Below are positions 57,915 to 64,000 of a stretch of DNA of 64,000 nucleotides, piece after piece; the first letter of the stretch is position 1, and each line of letters begins with the position of its first letter. The notes beneath the pieces are model-generated. The model searched no databases, was not told the origin of the DNA, and was given only the letters and a program-made list of their open reading frames with translations. The position numbers were made by a program, and so were the translations under genes. The stretch lies in NCBI GenBank assembly GCA_951406725.2, contig OX597819.1, forward strand, positions 133,300,001 to 133,364,000, given 5' to 3'. The stretch comes from Octopus vulgaris. Taxonomy: Eukaryota.

Positions 57915-60063
57915 AATATTTCTACTGAATGTAGGAGGGCTGCTGCGCGGAAACTGTAAAAAGAAAATTTCATTCCTGAGAGACCTTGTGACATGCAATC
58001 AAGCTATATGCATGGCACTCACAGAAACGCATCTTGAACCCGATATAGGTGATGCAGAAATACACATGCCGCAATATGCAGTCATACGCACAGATAGAAA
58101 AGGGAGGAGCCATGGTGGAGTTGCAATGTACATCCGAGATGACCTCACGCCCCAGGTCCTGCTGTCATATTCAAACTCAGTATGTGAAACTCAAATTGTA
58201 CACATAAGAGAACTGAATATCGTCATATGCACTACATATCGCCCACCAGATGCCCCAAAACACTCAGGCATGTTTGAAGACTGCCTAACAAAAATAGGAG
58301 AAGTCCTCACCAACCTTGAACAGCACAACAGTGTATTCTTCATGGGTGACTTTAACCTCCCCAATGTGGAATGGCCTGGGGGGCAGATGCTCCCAGGGAT
58401 GACACACCATCAGCAGGCACAGGTGGAGTCCCTGCTCCATCTCACAAATGCCTCTTTCATGGAGCAAATAGTTCTGCAACCAACAAGGGCAGATAATATA
58501 CTGGATCTCTGCTTCACAAACAATATGGATATTATCCATAATGTTAATGTGATGCCGACAATGATCTCGGATCACAACATAATAGAGCTGTCTATGTATG
58601 GAACAAAAGCCCCCGCAGACACACAGCCTATACGAAGCACCCACCATCTCTCCAACTTAAACTTTCATAAAGCCAACTGGAAGTCGATTGAGAAAGAGAT
58701 CCTCAAACAGGATTGGCCTGAATGTCTCTCCACACCGGACATAAACATGAAACACAAACACTTCATGTCCATAATACAAGCCATATGTGACAAATATGTA
58801 CCAATGTGCAGGGCCACCACACACAAGAACAAAAACAGGATCCCTAGAGAAAGGAGGATTCTTATGAGACGACGGACAAGGATTGCAAACCGCCTGAGCA
58901 AGCACACCAAAAGTGGTGAGAAGTCTCGGCTCGAAAGAATGCTAATGGAAACTGAGAAAAGTCTACATCAGTCCCATGAAAAGGAGAGAGCAGATAAAGA
59001 AGATTGGGTAATAGAAAATATAAAATCAAACCCTAAAGCTTTCTTTAAGTTTGCCAAAGAGACAGCCACAGTGCACCAGAGAATAGGACCTCTCTTCCAA
59101 AAAGATGGCTCTCTCACAGGAAATCCCACAAGGATAAGTGAAATACTGAACGAACAGTTCCAAAGTGTGTTCACTACGCCTCTAGGACACAGGCAAGTAA
59201 ACAACCCAGAAGAATTCTTTGCCACTTTACCTGCGGCCAAAGAGACAAAAATTGAGTACATCAACATCGAAGATGATGATATCACACTAGCCATTGATGA
59301 GATTGACACAAACTCAGCTGCTGGACCTGATGGATTCCCAGCGATCCTTCTCAAATCGTGCAAACGAGCCCTTGCAAAACCGCTACAGCTTCTTTTTCAT
59401 AGCTTTCTTGCAAGTGGTAAGTTCCCAGTCAAACTGAAAGAGGGGTAATATGCCCTATCCATAAGGGAGGTAGCAGAGCAGATGCTAAAAATTATAGGCC
59501 TATCTCTCTGACCTCACACATCAGCAAAGTCATGGAACGAATAGTCCGTAAGAAACTAATCATGTTCCTTGAAGAAAATGACTTACTGTCTGACACCCAG
59601 CATGGATTTCGACCAGGTAGAGGCTGCCTAACACAGCTCCTGCAACACTATGACTGGGTGTTGAAACAGCTACTAAATGGCTCAAATGTGGATGTAATAT
59701 ATCTTGACTTTGCAAAAGCCTTTGATAAAGTCGACCATGGTATGATCTGTCACAAACTGCGTGGTCTCGGCATAGGCGGGAAACTTGGAGAGTGGCTGCA
59801 CAACTTCCTAAAAGACAGAAAACAGGCAGTTGTGAGCAATGGAGCCACCTCCAAGGAAACGCAAATAACAAGCGGTGTCCCACAGGGCACTGTCTTGGGG
59901 CCACTGATGTTCATAGTGGTCCTTTCAGACTTGCCTTCAGTTGCTGCGATGACCACCCTTGCTAGCTATGCAGATGACACAAAAGTCTCCCACGCAATAC
60001 AAAACCCTGAAAATATCGCGCATCTGCAACATGAGCTGGACACAATATACAGGTGGGCTGAGT
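57915..60063 (+). mobile_element. CR1-group LINE family B (relative of family A), endonuclease through RT, no own 3' end
   Basis: ORFs 57988-59448 and 59532-60068; ends at WAE after YADD. Confidence 0.88.
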
Positions 60064-61426
60064 CATAATATGCTGAACTCCAACCAGCATGGATTCCGTA
60101 ATGGGAGAGATTGCCTGACGCAGCTACTGCATCATTTTGATGACATTTTGAGAGCCTTGGGAGAAGGTTCCAACACTGATGTCATCTACCTTGATTTCAG
60201 CAAGGCCTTTGACAGGGTTGATCATAAGATCCTTCTGAGAAAGCTGTCCAATATTGGTGTCACTGGAAAGCTGCTGCAGTGGATCAAGTGCTTCCTGTCT
60301 AACAGAACCCAACATGTTGTAGTCGAAGGAGTCAAATGCAGCCCAGCCAAAGTCAGCAGTGGTGTCCCACAAGGTACTGTGTTGGGCCCACTTCTCTTCA
60401 TCATCTACATAAATGATATTACTGACACCATCAAATACAGTAACATCAGAACCTTCGCTGATGATTCCAAGCTCCAGAAGGTCATCAATGGCATGGATGA
60501 CCGAATAAACCTTCAGTCAGACCTACTGGCTATTGTCCAATGGGCGGAAAAGAATAACATGTTGCTAAATGAAGACAAATTCGAACTGATCCACTTTGGA
60601 AGGGAGGACGCTCTGAAACTCCCATACTCTCTTCCTTCTGGAGAAATTCTCATGGCATCCAACAACATCAGAGACCTGGGAGTAACAGTGGACAACAACA
60701 TAAGCTGGGCTACACATATAAGCAGCAAAGTTGACATGGCCCGCAGAATGTGTTCCTGGATTCTCAGAACCTTCCAGTCGAGAGATTCCCACGCTATTAT
60801 CCTTCTCTTCTCCACTTTTGCCCGACCCCACCTTGAATACTGCTGTCCACTGTGGTCTCCCTACACAAAACAAAACATTATGAGAATTGAAGCTCCCCAA
60901 AGGTCAATCACAAAAAAGATAGATGGCATGTCAGACCTTGACTACTGGGGTAGACTAGAGAAGCTGAAATTGTATTCACTCCAACGACGCCGTGAACGCT
61001 ACATTATCTGTATGATGTGGAAAATATTCCATCAGCACTGTCCGAATGATGTTGGCATCACCTTCAAAATGCATCCAAGGCTTGGACCACGTGCCATCCG
61101 TCCAAACCAAAAATCTAAATCGCATCACATAACGACAATACGGTACAACTATTTCACCTCAATTGGACCCGCTCTCTTCAACATTACACCGGGACACGTC
61201 AAAAAAGAAACTGACCACACAAAATTCAAGAAGTCTCTGGACAAATTCCTTCAAACAATACCGGACAAACCACCCACACCCGGATATGTCTCCGCAAACA
61301 ATAACTCTCTGCTCGAATGGGCCTTGGTGCCCAAATCCTGAACTGAAAGACTTCGCCAGGTGGTGCTATTAAGTTAGACATGGCCTGGGCCAATACTGGC
61401 CAAAACCTTTCTAAGTTATTCTAAGT

Positions 61427-61428
<2 letters not shown>
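60060..61428 (+). mobile_element. CR1-group LINE family C 3' portion fused to family B
   Basis: Near-identical reverse complement of 54250-55605; (TTCTAAGTTA) tail. Confidence 0.9.
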
Positions 61429-61502
<74 letters not shown>

Positions 61503-61528
61503 TTTATATATATATATATATATATACA

Positions 61529-61584
<56 letters not shown>

Positions 61585-61603
61585 ATATATATACATATAT
61601 TTA

Positions 61604-61643
<40 letters not shown>

Positions 61644-61647
61644 TTTA

Positions 61648-61684
<37 letters not shown>

Positions 61685-61822
61685 TAAATATTAGGGAATA
61701 AATCCAAATTTACAGGGAAAAAAAATCAGATTTAGGATTAAATCCAATTTTATAGTAAAATATTATAAAATATTATTAGAGACAAAACCACTATTTTGCA
61801 AAACAAACAAGGAAAGACTTAA

Positions 61823-62626
61823 TCAATACATAAAATTTTCATAAATAGTCAAAAAAACCGCCACTACAATCGTTTCTTGTCTTGATCGACAATCTTCAGG
61901 TGGACTTCCAATCTTCGGTACCTGGTCCAATTCAGCACGATTCTTTTCTAAATGTTTAATGTGTCTCAATGAATTTGAATATATGGCATCAGGAACTTGC
62001 TGTTTGGATGTCTGATCTAAATTCAGAAGATGTGTTTTGTATTTCTCAGATGACTTATTTAGATACTTTTCAAAATGAGATCGATTCACTTCAGGTAAAT
62101 AAGGAGAAGGAGAAATATCCCTTTTCTCAAATGATTCCCCCCAAGTTTTTGTGAAAAAGTCTGTTTCTCTTTTAGCTAATCGTGGATCATTCAAAACAGC
62201 TGGTAGATTAACAGTAGCATTGTAAATAGTCCATTTAAACTGATCTTGAACTACAGAAGGTTCTTTATTACTGGTCAAGTGTGGTGATGAGCATTCACTG
62301 ATACCAGTTTTGAAATTTTGCGGAAATCCACTGTTACGTCCATAGCCTGATCCAGCATAGACATGGTCCCGGACAACATGATCTTCATAGTCTTTGTCAC
62401 TTACACCTTCTAGGGGTAAGGAAGGGCACACCTCATTTACACCATATCGACAAACGTAAGATCCACCTTCTTTGGAACAATGAAAACTCCGCAGATGATA
62501 ACAGAACTCCTTTGGAGACTTGAAATGTCCAGTTTTTTTGCAGACAACACAGACTTTCCATTGACTTGGAATCCCTGAATTGCTTTGGCTTGTCCATGGT
62601 TGAGAATTCAATGTAGATGATGCCAT
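61823..62626 (-). pseudogene. VPS54: Uninterrupted 5' fragment (238 codons) of VPS54 (GARP complex subunit) fused in frame to 29 codons of the hammerhead module; probable retrocopy
   Basis: DQFKWTIYNATVNLPAVLNDPRLAKRETDFFTKTWG..PYLP..ELDQVPK matches the VPS54 N-terminus as I recall it; invertebrate-type Cys/His region EGGSYVCRYG..CPSLP; similarity stops at 61913. Confidence 0.88.
61861..61903 (-). ncRNA. Minimal type I hammerhead ribozyme at the 3' end of the VPS54 retrocopy
   Basis: CCAC-CTGAAGA-TTGTC..GACAA-GAAAC-GATT-GTA-GTGG. Confidence 0.85.
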
Positions 62627-62696
62627 GTCATGTCAGAGTAAATCATGCAGACCTATTATTATTATTATTATTATTATATATGTGTGTGTATACATA

Positions 62697-62734
<38 letters not shown>

Positions 62735-63006
62735 ACTCACACATTTATGTATGTATGCATATGTATGTACTTGTAGGGAAATGCGGATGAATATAAATTA
62801 AATTTTATAAATTAATAGTTTTCATTTCTCACTTAAATGCAGACAAGATTTCTTGAATGATGATGTTTTTCCATTTTTCTTCGTATTTATGTAGTTTATG
62901 GCATGTTTTCCACCATCTCAGCAAACAGTCCAGTTTCAAGATAATCGTTGATGCTCCATTTTCCTTCGGATCGCCAAATATATAATATATAAAATTTTAT
63001 ATAAAA

Positions 63007-63303
63007 TATAAAATTTAATTTATATTCATCCGCATTTCCCTACAAGTACATACATATGCATACATACATAAGTGTGTGAGTGTGATATATATATATATAT
63101 ATATATATGTACATATGTATACACACAAAAGAATCGTGCTGAATTGGACCAGGTACCGAAGATTGGAAGTCCACCTGAAGATTGTCGATCAAGACAAGAA
63201 ACGATTGTAGTGGCGGTTTTTTTGACTATTTATTAAAATTTTATGTATTGATTAAGTCTTTCCTTGTTTGTTTTGCAAAATAGTGGTTTTGTCTCTAATA
63301 ATA
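63007..63303 (+). mobile_element. Inverted, internally deleted second arm of the VPS54-hammerhead retrocopy
   Basis: 63007-63126 is the reverse complement of about 62683-62809; 63127-63161 is the last 35 nt of the VPS54 piece; 63162-63303 is the hammerhead module. Confidence 0.85.
63171..63213 (+). ncRNA. Minimal type I hammerhead ribozyme
   Basis: Same sequence as 61861-61903. Confidence 0.85.
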
Positions 63304-63516
63304 TTTTATATATATATATATATATACATATATTTATATATATATATATATATATATACATATATTTATATATATATATATACATATATATATATACATA
63401 TATTTATATATATATATATATACACATATATTTATATATATATATATATACATATATTTATATTTATATATATATATATATACATATATTTATATATATA
63501 TATATACATATATTTA

Positions 63517-63605
<89 letters not shown>

Positions 63606-63901
63606 CTAATCGCCATGATAGATCGTTACCCACTTCATACATTTTTTTCTCTCCTTGTTTCCCCAAACAGGGACACAATTCAATTTTTAAACAATAACCA
63701 AAGCCCCTTCTCCGAAAGGTTACGGTTTACAATTATTTAACAAATGCAACACAACAACGTTTCCCTGACGAGGAACCAACAAATGTGATTACAATAGTCA
63801 AACTGTAATAATAACAACAACAAACCTTTTTAATTTATCCCCATTTATGTGACACCACTTTTCAAGTTCAAGTCATTGATGCAATCTTATACGAAAGGCT
63901 A

Positions 63902-63940
<39 letters not shown>

Positions 63941-64000
63941 ATAAGGGTGAAAAATTTAATATTAATTTGATTAATATGAATTGAAAACCAGTGGTGTAGC

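Noticed and set aside
61823-62626. Exon of the functional VPS54 gene
   Set aside because: No GT donor after ..CCGAAG, no downstream VPS54 exons recognised in 61 kb, and it is fused to a repeat within an inverted structure; not formally excluded without the parent locus

Overview
Eukaryotic, AT-rich, microsatellite-dense DNA made almost entirely of transposable elements. The SINE, LINE and microsatellite content looks like an octopus (coleoid cephalopod) genome; this is inferred from recognised repeat families. There is no intact host gene. Contents: CR1-group, RTE, Tx1/L1 and R4/Dong-type LINEs, tRNA-derived SINEs, Tc1/mariner and hAT remnants, and a seemingly intact two-ORF Penelope-like element (PLE, 43243-48459). 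The strongest signal is at 61775-63303. An uninterrupted 238-codon 5' piece of the host VPS54 coding sequence is joined to a PLE-type minimal hammerhead-ribozyme (HHR) module. The join falls exactly where a free copy of that module (42230-42770) has a T-rich tract ending in AG, a splice-acceptor-like site. This suggests a ribozyme exon trap that captures host mRNAs for retrotransposition. Two other recurring patterns stand out: T-TTT-TTA/G -1 slippery sites linking ORF1 to ORF2 in three different retroelements, and many head-to-head twin retro-insertions. A 2290-bp tandem duplication is probably an assembly artefact. All calls were made by eye, with no alignment or folding software.
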